Counted from the stretch's first letter, positions 1 through 15,159 are shown. The stretch: DNA of 64,000 nt from Vicugna vicugna (GCA_013265495.1 MU058781.1:10087009-10151008), one strand, 5' to 3'. Numbers and translations: made by a program. The notes: generated by a model not told the origin, from the letters alone.

Positions 1-249
1 AACACTGGGTAAATTATTTGACCGACCTGCTTCAATTTCTTTATTTGTAAAATGAGAATGATAAGTTCTGTAAGGATATGTTTTGGGAACATTCTCAGTA
101 AATGGCTATGTTTATTAGTAGTAAGCAGAGGGGATTACTGAGTCAAAAGGGGAGAAAGGTGAGAGGCAGACAGGGGTCTGGTCATAATGAAAGGATGTTT
201 TACATGTGCTTTACCGAAAAGGGCCTCGTAAATCCATCACAAAATTTAT

Positions 250-535
250 GCTGGAGAGTCTGGTGGCCATTTTCATAGAATTAATGAAGGTAAATTAGAA
301 GAAGGGCAAACTGTAGGAAGAGAGTCATTTTATGGAAATAAATGAGTGGAATATACTAGTGTTCTGGCTTAGGTGACTGGGTGAGCTGTGGCTGTTTACA
401 GTTGAAGAGGAGGTGTCAGTTATCAGGAAATACGATGAACTCAGTGTTGTTGAGTTACAAGTGTCTGTGGGCATCAGCTGGAGGTGTCCAATGAGTGCTT
501 GGCCATAGAACAGCGTCTCAGAGAAAAGTCTAGAA
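250..535 (-). mobile_element. L2 remnant
   Basis: ttctggcttaggtgactgggtgag...gtgtctgtgggcatcagctggaggtgtccaa. Confidence 0.55.
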
Positions 536-845
536 TCCTGCTATCCAACAGAGAAACCTAACTTGAGACCCCCATGCAAACTCTCTGGTAGCTACTCACA
601 AATGAAAGTATAAAGAAACAGATGATGTTAGTCTCAATAATACACTATATTTAACAAAATAGGTCTAGAATGTTAGTTCACTTTGTAGTTGGTACAAAAT
701 TATTAACAAGACATGCTGCATTTTTTCTGGCCAAGTCTCAAACTCTGGGTGTACTATACACTCAATGCATCTGAAGCCACATTTCAAAGTGCTCAGAGGC
801 CATAATGTGTGGGTCAGGGACTTCCCTGGGCTACAGCGCAGTGTT
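536..845. mobile_element. hAT MER3/MER33-like DNA element remnant
   Basis: ctgctatccaacaga...gccacatttcaaagtgctcagaggcca...cagcgcag. Confidence 0.5.
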
Positions 846-2094
846 AGAACATAGTAATGGGTAGAATTTAGTTATCTACCAATTATTAGTTGAGCAATTC
901 CAGGCACTGTATTAGGAGCTGAGAATTCAGTGGGGAATGACACAGACACAGTTTTCCTTTGCTAAACTTACCAGTTATTCGAGAATAGGGGCTTCTGCTG
1001 GCCTAATAGTTCTCTTTGTGCAAATTAGATAAAGTCACAGCCTCTGGGCAGAGCCGTCCCACTCCAGGGATCACACAGTGCAGAAGAGTTTTCTGTGACT
1101 GCTCACCTCTTCTGCTCTGAACCTTTGCACAGGACAAACAGCAGCACACCCCCAGTAGGGATTCTACAGGGATACAGACATTTCTAAGTAATTAAAAGTA
1201 AACAGATTGAGTTTTATAACTGAGAAAGTTCATGCAAGGTGACTCAGTTGTGTAAAAATCAGAGTAATCCATCCTGAAGGAGCGACACCTAAGCTGAGAC
1301 CAGGTGGATGACCAGGAGTAAGACAAATGGGAAGGGAGGTAGGGGATTACAGCAGAGAGTAGGGTACATTGGAAAGCGAGGAGGCAGTGACCTCAGGGCG
1401 AGTCAGGAAACTAAAAGAAGTTCAGACCGTGCCTGGGATCAGAGAGCTGGCAGGGCATGTGTGGAATAGTCTGGGGCTTCCTCTGTCAGGTGGATTAGGG
1501 GAACAAGGGACAGGTAGAGTCCTGGATACGAATAATATCAGCGGTCCATGACAAGGGGTCAGAGAAGGAGCAGTCAGAAACATGGAACAAAACACAGGGG
1601 TAGGGTATGTCATAAAAGGCAGAAAGAGCGAGCAAGGTCACTTTTTAAAAGGGGCGAACCAGGTGTCAAATGCAGCCAGAAGGTCAAGGGGTCAGGGGCG
1701 CTGAACAGCGGCTGCTGAATCCAGCAGCGGAGGCAGCACTGGGGGGCACAGCTGGGAGAAAAGGGGTAGAAACTAAGTTGCAGTGGTGGGAGAACCCATG
1801 GAGCACAAAGAGGAGACGATGCTTTAAAGAAAGTGTATTGTTGGGAAGCGAATGAAGGAAATAATGTGCTTGCAAACAGCAAATTACAGTGCAGTGCGTG
1901 GAAGTGTTTGCCTTTTGATTGTCTCCAAGCCCCTCTGTAAAATTCGTATTTCCATCATTTGCTCTCCAACACTGTTATACCACAGCAGAGAAATAATCTA
2001 CGGAAAAAAATCATTTTTCACTCTTTCAGTAAATACTCTGTAAGCAGGTACTTCACACCAGGCGCAGGGCAACAGCTACAGCAACAATAAAAGA

Positions 2095-2330
2095 GCAGGT
2101 TTATTGATACGTTTATTGTATGTCAATCACTTGTCACGCTTTGGGACAGGTATTATCTCATTTAACCTTTCCCAAGTCTTCATTGCTTATATGCCGTGAC
2201 TTATCCCACTTTACCAGTGAGAAAACTTGAGACTCAGAGGGATGAAGTTGCCGCCTAGAGTTACATACCTGGTTACGCCAGCCCACCGTGTTATGGCTCT
2301 AAAACACGTGCTCACAACTGCCGTGCTACC
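2095..2330 (-). mobile_element. MIR SINE
   Basis: atctcatttaacc...cccactttaccagtgagaaaacttgagactcagagggatgaagttg. Confidence 0.65.
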
Positions 2331-4749
2331 GGCGAACAGCGTCAGAGGGCGTCCTTTGGTCTGTTACCACTTCCTGTTGGAACTTTGGTCAAAACTCTTC
2401 TCTTGGAATTCTTCCCTAAATATCATGTCCTCTGAGCATCCCAGGACGCTGAGTTTACCTGGTCACAGGCTTCTTTTGAGTCATTTGCACTGCTTTCATT
2501 AGATATTGCGATATTGTGTTTCTAGTTCATATTGACATAGCTGTTGTACCAAATCGTTATTATCCTTGGTTTAGTACCTTTGGTAGACATAAGGACCCTT
2601 CCAATTCTAAAATTTTCTAACATTCTATTTAAAAAAAAATTATAACGGGAAGGTGCCATGAGGTTAGTTTCTCTCGTAGGGTGGTCTTGACATCTGAACT
2701 GTGGCTGGATGGGGCATCCTCTCTCCTGCACCTTTCTCTTTCTGGTCTTCTCTTTCTTATCTCCATTTAGCTCAGTGTTGATTAGATGGCCAAAGGTACC
2801 TGGCCTGATGCCAGCTGGTATAGAAAACATGAAGGTGTCATCACTGTTTCACAGAAGCCTACATTCCAAAGAATCTCATCAGAACATAAGAGCTCTTCAG
2901 GATAATTAGTAATTGGTCCTCACAGCACCCCTGGGAAGTACCTGGGTATGCAGCAAGAGGTATACAGAGCATAAATGAGCATTTCCAGAGTGCAAGACAA
3001 TTTCCTCCTCAGTGCAATGAGGACAGTTACAAAAAACCACCTTACAGGGGTGTTGATTACTCATAATCTAAAAGCCCTGAGAATCACACACCACACTAGG
3101 AATACGTACCCATGGCATCGCTGTGTTGCAGTTAATTGACATTCTCCTTTCCCTACCCTATTCCCTGCAAATCACAGCGCAGTGACACCCTTGGGTTTAC
3201 CCTGGGTCCTGGTTATTGACACGGAGCCTGTCTCTGTGCATCAAAGATCTGCCTGGATCACACCGGAGGATAGAAGAACAAACCTGCCAGGTGCTGATGA
3301 GCCGATGACAAGCAACTTAAACAGAATTCTGACAGGCCTTTGCAGCCTTGTACATAAACATAATTAATCAACACAGAACACAGACGCAATAGCTACAAGT
3401 AAAGCAGGAAGCAGAGGGTGAAGATAAAGGGGAAAACAACAGACTGATCCAGCTGGATGAGTGGCGTCTCAAAAGCGCACCTGAACGGTGCCAGCACAAG
3501 GGAGGTGTTCCAAATAAGCTGCTGTTAACAGCCGCCTTCCGTGACCCACACATCTTTGGATCCTGTTCATTTGAGCCTTTGGTGTCTCCTTTCTCTCTTC
3601 CACCCTCTACCCCTACCACCTCATTCTCACCTTTTGATATGCAACTGTCCTCACTCTCTGATGAATTGAAATTGTGAGCCTCAAGCAAGGAATAGAGCCT
3701 GTATGCTATTTTGAGTCAATTAAATATGAAACACAGTTGCAAACACAAAACCACCATTTCTGCTTCACTGCTCTTCACCTGTGGAACTGCTTGTGCATTT
3801 CATTATTGGCACATTTACCACTCGACTCCTTCTATGTCCTTTGTTTCAACATTTCTGCCTCGTACAAAGGAATATTTCTTCCTCATTTCGTGCAGCGACT
3901 CTAATTTTACTTGTTCTTGCACCAACTCGTCCATTTTTCCTGCAGAAGGAGTTGTGGAGTTATTCTAATTAAATAAATATAAATATTTCTGGATCAAAGA
4001 GCTTGCCTGTATTCTCCACTGACTGCTACCTAAATCCTGGACTCCTTTAAAGATACGTGGGACATGGATGTTGTCCAGGATGTGGAGGGGAACTGAGGAG
4101 AAGAAGATGGAACTGAATGGTCATCAGATGCAGAGTCAGAAGCAAAATAAAAATTGATAAATAAACTATCTAAAGACATGTCTTTCAAAATATAAGCTGG
4201 AATATTCTTTAGAACCTGTGTCTTAACTAGAAAACATCACTGCCCAATACTTTTCCTCCCAAGCATGTGCAGTGACATACTCTCCACCTGGACCCCTTTG
4301 AAGGAGAAGTAATGCTACTATTACCGCTACAATTTCCAGGGAGATTCAAATAACTACAAGGAATCATCCCTTGCTGTAGAAAAGGAGACAGAAAGAGTCA
4401 GGAGTATTAGAGCCCAGAGGTCTTGGGACAATCGCACAAACTCCTCAGACCCAAGTGGCTAGGAAAGTGCCGTGTTTTCATTAGTCATACACTTGCCACA
4501 TAATCATCCACCTGTCCCCTGGCTGATTGCCCACATGATGGAGGAATTGGTTCAGTGACCAAGATGGAGGTTTTTATGTTTGCCTTCGGAAGATGAGGAG
4601 TGACTGCATACATTTTAATTCTAAAGCTGCATCGAATAGAAGAAAAAACTGAAAATACAAAGCAAGTCATTGATACAGCAAGAAATGGCTTCCAGAACTC
4701 TGTTTCCAAACAGAATACATCCACGTGGCTGGAAAATCATCCACTGTAG

Positions 4750-5072
4750 AGCTACACAAAGAGGATTCATCTAGCATCCTTCGCGTTAAGTGGGGAAGGA
4801 GAGCCCACCAACCAAGGAAATCAACAGTAACTCTCCTCCATGAGCTTCAGGAGTGTTTTCAGCCGTTCAGGTCACTGACATCAAACCGGAGGAAATTGAA
4901 AGAATGCCACCCAGAACCCACAGTGGTGTCCACAGCGCATGTGGATAGAGAGAAGTCAGTCTCAGAACAGACTTGTCAAAGCTGATTTAAACTGCTCTCT
5001 CACGCTGTTGGAAACACCTCATTATAAGGAGGAACTCCGCTTTGGGGTGGTTGGTATAAACAACACAGCATT
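4750..5072 (+). mobile_element. Degraded MaLR LTR fragment
   Basis: Ends with tttggggtggttggtataaacaacacag, like an MLT1 3' terminus. Confidence 0.4.
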
Positions 5073-6206
5073 TGAACTTTAAAGATTAATGCTCTCTTCA
5101 TATTTTGTGCAACACTTTAAAGACAGGTATTATAAGAGATATGAGAATGTAGAAACCAAGAAATACAGTAATTCATACGATGGAAATGCATAAAACATCC
5201 ATTTAAAATAATAAGCACCAAGCTACAATATATTTTTGTGCCTGAATTATCCAGTTTAAGTATTTACATATATTAAAGTACCTGTCAGTCTTCCATATCC
5301 CTTTTGTGCTGCATAAATCTGGTGAAAGAAGGGCCCAGGGCAGTAATATATTATTTATTCACTTATTTGCAAGATTTATCCAGCATACAGTCTCCAAATA
5401 GCTAACAGCATTTTGCCAGGGAACTCCACACTTGCAGTACTTAACTTGAGGACCCTGGAAACAAGCAAGTGTTTGGAGAATTATTTTGACTTTTTGAGCA
5501 TTGTGGCTTTGTAGAGGAACAAAACAATATGGATTTAATTTAATAAATTTTATTTAGAAAAAGAGATTTAGAGAATAACATGGTTCAGATATATGTAAGT
5601 CATGTATCCCTAAAGATATAGAAATAATGTTAATATTTGATACAACAGGCTGTTAAGACAGTATCCTTGGCTGGAATTGATGCTGATCAAATTTCAAGGT
5701 AGATTTGCAGTCACGTGATAAAATGTTTATGGGCCTAAACACAGCAACCCCCCCAATTCTAATTTCTTTTTATTTTTGATAAGGGGGTCTCCCAGGATCT
5801 GTTGTTGGTCCCATGAGAGCTTTATTTCTCACAGTTGCCTGTATTTACCTGCACCCTCCAATGCCTCACTGAGTATTTTTAAGTAAATACCTCAGGCTTA
5901 TTTACATTAAAGTCCCAGTAGTATAATGCTGTAAAATGTCATATGTGGGTTGAAGAATGAGCTTTTTGGGGTCCAGGATGGCCATTGTCATAACAGTTAG
6001 CTACTGATGGGAGGCAGAATCTCAGTGAGCTACAGCTAAAGTTTCCTGTGGTCGTTAGGGAACAAACATGGATTTGGTCATAGGTGAGTCTGGTACTAAC
6101 ATCCAAGTTTGTGCCTGTCAGCTCTGTGGGAATTGATGTGGTTCCCTCAGCCCACGTGGGTCTTTCCTCCAAAATACATGGAAAACAGAGATTTTTTTCA
6201 AATAAA

Positions 6207-6567
6207 CAAATATCATATGCTATTACCTATATGTGGAATCTTTAAAAAAATGATACAAATTCTATTTACAAACCAAAAACAGACTCACAGACACAGAAAA
6301 CACATTATGGTTACCAAAGGGGAAAGGACAGGGAAGGATAAATCAGGGTTTGGGGATTAATAGACACACATGACTATATGTAAAATAAACAACAAGGGCC
6401 ATATAGCACAGGGAACTATATTCAATTTCTTACAATAACATATAATGGAAAAGAAAATGAAAAGAAAAAATATGTATGTATGTTTATGTATAAGTGAATC
6501 ACTTTGCTGTACACCTGAAACTAACATTGTAAGTCAGCAACACTTCAATAAAAATTTTTTTAAAAAA
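6207..6567 (+). mobile_element. L1 3' end fragment (ORF2 terminus + 3'UTR), 5'-truncated
   Basis: aaatatcatatg...tatatgtggaatct resembles the ORF2 end of the 18 kb element; tatagcacagggaactatattcaa, gctgtacacctgaaactaac, AATAAA + A tail; possible TSD tcaaataaa. Confidence 0.88.
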
Positions 6568-7589
6568 TCAAATAAATGAGAAGAAATCCATTCTTCTGAA
6601 GTAAGAAGAGACTTTCTGTTCCCAGGTATTTCCTGCAGAGAAAAAGGTGGTTTCCATGTAACTAGGCTTTAGTACCATGTTAAAGGGAGCTGGGGGTTTC
6701 CGCTTTAGGTTTAAAGAATAACTGAATACACTTGAGATGCTGCACCGGATGACCTCACAGGCCTTTCTGTCCATACCTCTGTGGACAGGGCTCGTTAAAA
6801 ACTGCCAATGCCTTGGAAAGACTTCAAGCCACATCTTTTCAATGACAGCCTGAGTTTACAGCACCTCTGTGTGACAACGGCCAAGTGATCTGGCCAGGAT
6901 TTTTGTCCCTTGCCTGAACTCACTCTTTGCTGATAAAGCTAAACTTCTTCTGATGGCCAGTTTTTGCGCCCTGAGTTTCCACAGGGAATTCCTCAAGTTC
7001 AGCCCAGCACTCGCTCAATCCTGCTCTTTTCAAAACTGCTACGTGGACTCCCAACTACCACAACCAAGGCTTGTGTATCTCCTGCTCCTCTTCCTGAAAA
7101 TTGACCCTCCAACTAATTCAGCGAGATTGTCTAGTTTTAGTCCGAGGTTGAGGCTACTCAAACTAGAAAGAGCTGTTTTCTGTTGATTAAATGAAAGGGT
7201 CTGTGTCCAAAGAGTGGTTCTGGGGAGACACTTTGCTTCTACCTGCTGCCCCCTCCCCTGTGTCTCTTGTGAGCACATAGCACACGGGAACATCCTGGAA
7301 GGGGTCTGTGACTGAGTGTTACAAGGCTTACATCTAACCTGAAAATTAACTACTTGCTTTGCATTTAGGCAACTTTTGGAATCTTTTTGAGTTGTGGCTT
7401 CCTCATATGAGCCTGAAGGAGACCTCCTATATGTCGTGTGGGCAATAGGTGTAAGAGAGTTTGGGAAAGAATTCTAAGGGCTACACATGAGTGCCAGTGC
7501 AGAGTGGTTTTGCACTTGTAGGAGAACTGTTGCTTTTGTCTTGTCCTTTCTTTCTCCTCTTCTCTATTTTTGTTTCTGTTGACTCATCT

Positions 7590-8110
7590 GTTTATTCAGT
7601 GGGCTTGAGTTAGTGATTCCAACCACACGTTGAGGTCCTATCATAGGTGCTGGGGTTGTGAAGATTAATAGCCTTGGTCTCTGTCTTTAAGTAGTTTACA
7701 GTCTCAAAGGAGGGCCACACCCAACTAGAGAGTACGCTTGGAAAACCCCAGCAAGTCACCTGTATGGGCTTCCATCATCCAAGAAGTCTTCTTGGATGAG
7801 GTGATATTTCAGATGAGGGCTGATGGAAAAAATGCAGATGGCGGCAAGTTGAAGCAGTGAGGAAGACTAGCTCCATTCAAAGAGAGGAGAATGAGCAGAG
7901 GCTCAAAGATAAAGTAGCATTAAATACCTGGGAATTCAAATCAGCTTGGTATCACTGCCGCACAGTGTGAGTGGTGGAGAGAGAGGGCAAGGCATGAGGC
8001 CAGAATGTTGGTCAGGACCCTTTCAACTCCTCCTAAAAAAAATCTCGGTCTTTATCCAAGGCCTGAGCAAACCTTGAGTCATTGCTGTTTGAAGAAAGAT
8101 CACATCTGTG
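7590..8110 (-). mobile_element. L2 remnant
   Basis: taggtgctgggg...gtctctgtctttaagtagtttacagtct...gaagtcttcttggatgaggtgatatt. Confidence 0.55.
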
Positions 8111-10124
8111 TCGTGGACGTGTGCAGAGGTGTGTGGCCAATTACTGTATAGTAGTTTCCATTTTGAGAGCATCCAGATTTGCAACCTCCCACCCCCATAT
8201 ATAAATTAACTGGTTGGGTGATGTCCATCAAAATGGTTTAAGTTTTAATCCTTCACAAAATGGGAGTAATTTGAGTTGCTCAACACTGGTAGCTCTTCAG
8301 TAGCCTGACTTTAATGAGTGATTTGACTAAAACCCAAATATGAGGAAATGGAACGTCACACTCTAAACCCACAAGCACAGTGGCCATTAAATTGGACTTG
8401 TTAGGGCATTTGTAGTCATTATGTCATGGAGCAAATATGTATGATGACGGATTTAAATTATCATTTCATGGCATTTATGTTAAAAGAACTGAAGGAAATT
8501 TGAAAAAATTTATAGTGACTTGCTGGATCATATGGAAAGACATTCATTTTTCAGAATAAAACGTAGTTGTTGTGAAAGATATCCCCCCAAAAGATGGTTA
8601 TCTTGTGGTTAGATATTAATCATAATGGAGATTTTGAACCATCATATTCCTTTGGTTGATTTATTGGCTCTGCTGTCTGTTTCTAGAATCTCCATATTTC
8701 CAATGGTAAAAATTAATTTATGGAAGTTAGTTACATCTAAGTTCAAGTAAATCAATTCACGTTGGGAAATTTTCAAGGGGAAAGGTTTCTGTTGGCACTG
8801 CTGTTGTTCTAAAGGCTGGTGGTTTTTATTAAAATTTTCCAGCCCCTGTTTCTGTAACTTATTGGTGGCATCAATAGTATTTTATTAACCCAGGCCATAA
8901 GATTTATTCTGTGTTCTGGACCTACAGATACTTGGTTCTCTTTCTCCTTTTTCTCCCTTTCCTCTTCCTCTACCTCCTCCTCCTCTTCCGTTTTTTTTTT
9001 TGCTATTCATTTCAAGTGATCTTTTTTTTTTTCTTTTCCCCTGCAGTCTTTGGCGCTGATTTTGTCAAGCCTCCAGAAACCATTTCAAAGTCTCTTCTTG
9101 CTTATTTTTGGATACAGAGTTTCACCCCAGGGGAATTAATTTCCTGACCTTTCCTGGATCCTAATAACTAACACACCCACTCTAACCCACATCTATTCAA
9201 TTACAGTTTATCCATAATCTTTGGAAATTAGTTAAAATTACTTAAAAATATTTGTCTTCTATTTACATGGGAATAGCAACCTAGGTTCATTTCCTGGTGT
9301 TTCCTTTTTCGATTTAAACTGAACAGTTTCTGTGCTTCATGCTCGAAGAGGCCTGCAATAGATAATTTTATGAATTTTCTAACCAGATACCCATGTGGAG
9401 GTACAGAAAGATTATTCATTTGAGACCAGTATGCATGTAGTTAGAAGACTCTTTTACTTCTCAGTGAAGCAGTTGGTAATAACATTAAATCCAAAGATTC
9501 TTTTTTAAATTTTTGCTTTTGAATAACCGGCATTTTTACCACAGTCTTTCTGGTTGAAACTGTGTTCAGCACTCTACAATTTATGTTTTAGCCTCTCCGA
9601 TGGTAGCAAAATATTAATATATGCATGAAGAGTTGCAGGGAACATAATTACAGTGGCAAAGTGATAATAAACACATAGCTATTTTGCCTGGTAATATTAT
9701 GTGTTTAACAGGTTTATTTGTTAAGCAGTTCTAACTTTAATTATATTTTGCCATTTGGGATTTTTAGACATATAACAATCATACCCCTTCTCTGGCTATT
9801 AGTCTAAGAAGATTGCATTCATTATAAAAATAATCTGTATTTGTTTATTTAATTTTTTTCCTTAATGCTGCACAAGTAAACTGAAGGAAAATGATAACTT
9901 TCTTTGCTGCTGGTGTTATGTGACTCATTTGGATGCTAGATAATTTATTGCCTATTTCTACACATAGCAGGACAAGATACTAAACAGAGTTTTGTCCCCA
10001 GGCCTGTAGGGTCCCAGGAACTGTGCTGAGTTTTCTTACACAAACTTAAGAGTTTGGTGTTAGTCCACAGGACCGTGGTTCCAGATCACACTGAAAATCT
10101 CAAATGCTTTGGGAAGCAGGGTTA

Positions 10125-10147
10125 ACAACAACAACAACAACAACAAA
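10125..10147. repeat. (AAC)n short microsatellite
   Basis: Read directly. Confidence 0.85.
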
Positions 10148-10594
10148 ACAGGCACTGTGTAGTACAGCTCATATGAGTGCGGAGGGCCTGTCTTCTTAAT
10201 AGCCAGCCACGGCCCTTTTGTGGGCAACCACAGCAAAAGAATCTCTCTGAAATTCTGCCCTGTCAGTAAAGAGAAAATGTGGATAAACCCCAAGGAGGTA
10301 GGTTTGTGAGAACAGCATAAGCTCAGGATATATCAGAGAAGATTTGAGAAATGTGCTGTTGGCTCTTTTGCCAATTGCGTGTTATAGAATGAATTCATTA
10401 TTTGGGTGCTTTGACAGAATGCAAGGAAGGCTTTAGGACCCAAAGCCTTCTTCTGCCTCCCATCTCCAAATGCCTATTCAGGAATCTACCTCTATGGTGC
10501 TCTTTTAGCTAAGCCAAATCATTTCTGCAGTAATTTTTTTTTTTTTGATAAAAGCAGATTTTTCCTTATCTGGCCTCAAGACATTTTATTTGGC

Positions 10595-10790
10595 TTCCAT
10601 AGTGGTGTTGTTGGAGGTATAATTTACACACGGTCAAGTGCGCTGATCTCAGGTGTGCAGTGTGATGAAGTATACTTAAGTGTGTTCCCATGTGACCCCC
10701 TCCCACCCAGATCAGGATGTGGAATTTCTGTGGCACTTGACAAGGTTCTCCCATCTCCTCTGGCTCCCCCTTCCCACAGGGCAACTTGCT
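10595..10790 (-). mobile_element. Old L1 3' fragment
   Basis: ttggaggtataatttacacacggtcaagtgcgctgatctcaggtgtgcag motif typical of L1M 3' ends. Confidence 0.6.
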
Positions 10791-13700
10791 TAGAGTTATT
10801 TAATTTTTTGATAAAAACAGACTTAAGATTAAAAAGATAGTGATAACTTTCTGATAAGGTATGGTTATTAATTTTATTATTTGGGAATCAAAGAATTTAA
10901 GTACAGCTGTTCATCCCTGATTGATAGAACTTCGAAGTACAGTGTAAAAGAAGAGACAAAAGTTCTTCCTTATTCAGTCATTAAATAAACATTCATTGTA
11001 ATACATAAACTGTGTTAGTTGCTGGAAATAGAAAGATTAAAAAAACAAAAAGAACAAAAAACACCCCACAGGCCCTGCCCGGATGGGGCTTGTGGTTATG
11101 TCCCTTTAAGCTATTATTTTAACTATGGTTACAAATGTGTGTTTGCACACACATATTCACACACAGCTTTTATTTATTATACTTCCTTTTTCACCATACA
11201 TAACCCCCCCCACAAAAAAATCAGATGATGTGATCATCATGCTGGATGAACCAGATCAGTGGCCTTAATCTTCCTGCCACCCAGGCATGCGGCTAAAAGC
11301 ATCCTATAAAAGCTGCCAGGTGAGCCAGCCTGTTCTACACACGGTAGATTTACTCTGGTATCTTTGATTTGCATCTTGTTGCCTTAGGACTGGCACCTGC
11401 CTTTTTGCCCAAACCCTTTAACTTAGTTTAGACCACCTGCTTGGTTCTTAATAACCCCTTTCCTAGAATGGGTTTTCATTTTCTCTTGGCCCATGCTCCA
11501 AAGCCCATGGACCATCTCCTCGGGCAGCTTTGGCTGCCGGCATCCTTTTCTGGGTTGTATCCCTGCTGCTACTTCAAAAAAAGTAGAAGTTCTGATTGCA
11601 GGCTCTTGCTGTAAGTCACAGGATTCTGTCGTCCTCAGCATTCATAGTTACAACCCATTTTCCAGTTCCCAACTGGAAAATAGAACTTTTTCCTTGGAAA
11701 TTCTCTTTCCTTAGAAATTTCTTTGGAATCCTCTCGGAGAATTTCTTTATGATTTAGTAGCTCAGTAAGTCAACAGCTTTTTTTTTCCTAAGTAGATTTT
11801 CTTTACACCCTTGAGTTAGGGTGCTTTGTAGTACAATTCCTGTTTATGAGAACACAGATCTTTAATGTGACCAACAGCACCCATACACTAAATCACAGAT
11901 ACCCCTAATCTCATAACTCAGCATACTTTTGTATTTTTGCAACTGTGGTTTAGAAATTAATTATTCTTGCAATATTTAAAGTGAGATAGGAACCCACCAT
12001 GAACTTGTTTTCTCCCTTTACAAATTAAGCTTCAGTTTGAAAGGAAATGCAACTGTTGAAGCAGTCGCTGTGTATCATAATTTATAGTTGTCGGGCGTGC
12101 ATCATAAGGAAGAACCAGTAAAATCTCAGGGTGCTTTACATGTATACGTGTATATTCTGACAAAGAAGGAGAAACACCACACTCTAGATCTCAGAGTGTT
12201 TCATCTACCAAGGCTTTGTTTTTCTCTTTCTTGTTTGTGCCAGGTTGAAATATTTGGTTCCACGTCTTGTGGCTCTCTGCAATTAGCAGGGTGTTTATCT
12301 GTGGAACAGAGGAAATGGAAGCTTACTCCATATACACACAGAAGACTGTGTCCCTTCAGTCACACAGAGATAAAAACAATGTGATTTTTCCCCTCTTGTT
12401 CTTGTGCTTTCTCTGAAGTTTTAGAATATGAGCTACTTTTGCCTGTGACGCAAATCTTGAATATTTTTACGCTCTGGTGGATACACTGCAGTTGAACCTG
12501 GAAAATGATGACTGCTTTCTTGGTGACATGCTGTCGTGGTCATTTTTGACATCATAGCACACTTTTTTTCATTGTAGTAGGTGCCTGATGAGTGGGATAC
12601 TTTACATTGTATAAAAATACCATCCCAATCTTTCACCAAATCACTGTTGAGCCATTTTTTGAAAGGTATTCTATGAGGAATAGAATAGAATTTCAAACGT
12701 TAGCAAAATGATTCTTTAGGAAAAAATTAAGTTCTGGTGAAAAGCCTATTGTTGCTAAATTTTGTGAACTGCATGATTTGCTTCTGGCCTTGGATTAGTA
12801 TTTTGCAGACCGTAACATCAGTAAATAGCGCCTTCATGCGTTCTCAAAATCTTCTTTTAGAAGCTGGATGTCTTTCTCTCAGAAATGTATTTTGGATCTA
12901 AAACTTTCAAAGTGCTGTTAGATACACGTGATAAACTGGCCCTTAATATTATGGTCAAATGATAATATCTATAAATTATATAGTCTCCTACAGAATTTAG
13001 TTGATTAAGCAGTTATTTCTTGTTTGTTTTGCAAATTTGTGACTTCTTTAGAATTTACTTTTCTTCTAATACTTTGATACACTAGACTTTATTATCTGAG
13101 AATAAGTTGATGTTTTCCTATGACATTTGCTAGAGTAAAATAATAGTGAATCATTGCTTGGTTTTCCCCTTCTGTATGTGTACGTGTTTAAATTTTTGTA
13201 TGTTAAAATGTTTCCTTAAAATTTTAACCAGAACTCTCTTTTGAGCATTTCTGACATTTTGATACATAAGAATATTATCAGTTTAAACTGTTTTTCACAT
13301 GTCATGTGTGGCAGTTTAACATTAATAAACATATATGAAATTAACATTTTTCTTTAAAATCAAAATTAGTAAGCATGCACAGGAACAAAAAAAGAGAAAA
13401 AGAGCAAAAATGCAGTAATTTCTCCTTAAGTTATCTGATATTGGCACATTAAAAAAAAAATCTAAAGCCAGTCAATTTTGCCTGTTACATGCTTCAATCT
13501 GTGAGCTGCCGTGAGCTGACACTCAGTCCTCTGACTGGATACATGATGGATAAAGGGCAGTGCACTTGCACCACCATTGGCCACAGCACACTGAAGGAAA
13601 AATCAGTAAAGAGAGTCAGTGAAAGATCTATGGTCCCTAAGTTTGTATCCTCTGTAAGTACAGAAGAACACCATATGCACTCAGGGTGTTAAGTAATGAA

Positions 13701-15159
13701 ATATCAATCCATAAAACTGAGGAAAGGAAACAAGCGTCATCATTTTTCTGCCTTGCAAGGGCCAACATTATAATGAGTATATTTCTGGGTAAAAAAGAAT
13801 GAAGACTGTATTACAAATTCCGTAAAAGGCTGCCGAGTATATGAAATGTATGACTAATCATAGTTAAACAGATATCTTAAGTTGTGCACCCAGATAATTT
13901 TTAGCATTTGAACTAAATACTACTTAGTTAGCACTAAGTGATTTTGCATGTCCTGGTTAAAATTAGAAGCAGTAAAAACTGGTTGAGTGGGTTCCTACAA
14001 AATAATATAAAGATAAGTTCCTTTCACTGATAATTAATTGATATTGTAAGCAGAAAACACATTTTTTATATCAAAACTAAAAATGATATCCAATGAGTCA
14101 TTGCTGGGTTAAATATAAGTAGTTGACTGACTTCAGAGTTTAGTCTAAAGGAGGAAAAGGGTTATATCCATCAGACCAAATAGTCCAAGTCACGCCTATG
14201 ATTCAGCTGGAGTTTGTTGGATCATTGGTGTGAAGACCTCATATTAAGTTAATAATGAAAATCTGGCTATGCCCAGAACATAGCAGATCTTAATAATATA
14301 ATTATTACCTTGTTAAAAATGTTATATATGTATTCATATGTTTTATCTGAAACACAGTTACCAGTCTCATTATTCTCAGATAAAACAGTTAATTCAGTGC
14401 TTGGATTTTGCGAAAGCAACATGGCATTGTCCAGAACAAAATAAAGATTTTGAACATTACAGGCAGAGTCTACCAAAAGCCATCCCTGTCACAACTCAAA
14501 AGCATATATGTACTCCTTACCTTACGCTAGGCTCTTAAGTTCCCCAAAATACACACAAATGCATATTGTAGAATTAATACCCATTTTCTTATAGGAATTA
14601 CTTAAGGCTTTTTGAGCAGCAAAATAAATAATTTCTCAGAAATGTATAATTTTAAAAAAGGTGAACAGTCACTGACTGAACTATTTTCAGTTGTTTCTGT
14701 GACTGCTTGGGAATTAACCCATAAGGGTATTATTTGCATTGCTATTTGATGTTTAGGCATTAATTTATTGGAGTAATGATGTGAGAAAGTACATGCAACT
14801 GTGCTTTTGGTAGAAGTAACCAAGGCATTTCTATAGTACATAAAATGTGAGGATGAGTTTCTGAATCTCCAAACAATCTAACATTCTACTCTACCTTTAT
14901 GGGGCTGGGGACACCCCAAGGTTCTGGGGACAGTGGCTTGTGTCCATAGCAGTTGCTTCATCCAAATCCACTACACATCCATAAAAAATGAGTTGTCAGT
15001 CTGGAAGGTCGGTGTTTAGGAGCAGTCAGTGTATATAAAGACATGCAGGAGATGGAATGGTCGGAGTCTGATAGTGAATGATCAGCATGTTGAGCCACCA
15101 TCTCCAAAACCCGGGCTTTGTGTAGTCAGGGATGTTGGTGACAGCGCAGCCAGGTGGAC

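Noticed and set aside
4485..4985. Protein-like ORFs on both strands
   Set aside because: Stops in all extended frames, no recognisable homolog, and the region ends in an LTR-like terminus
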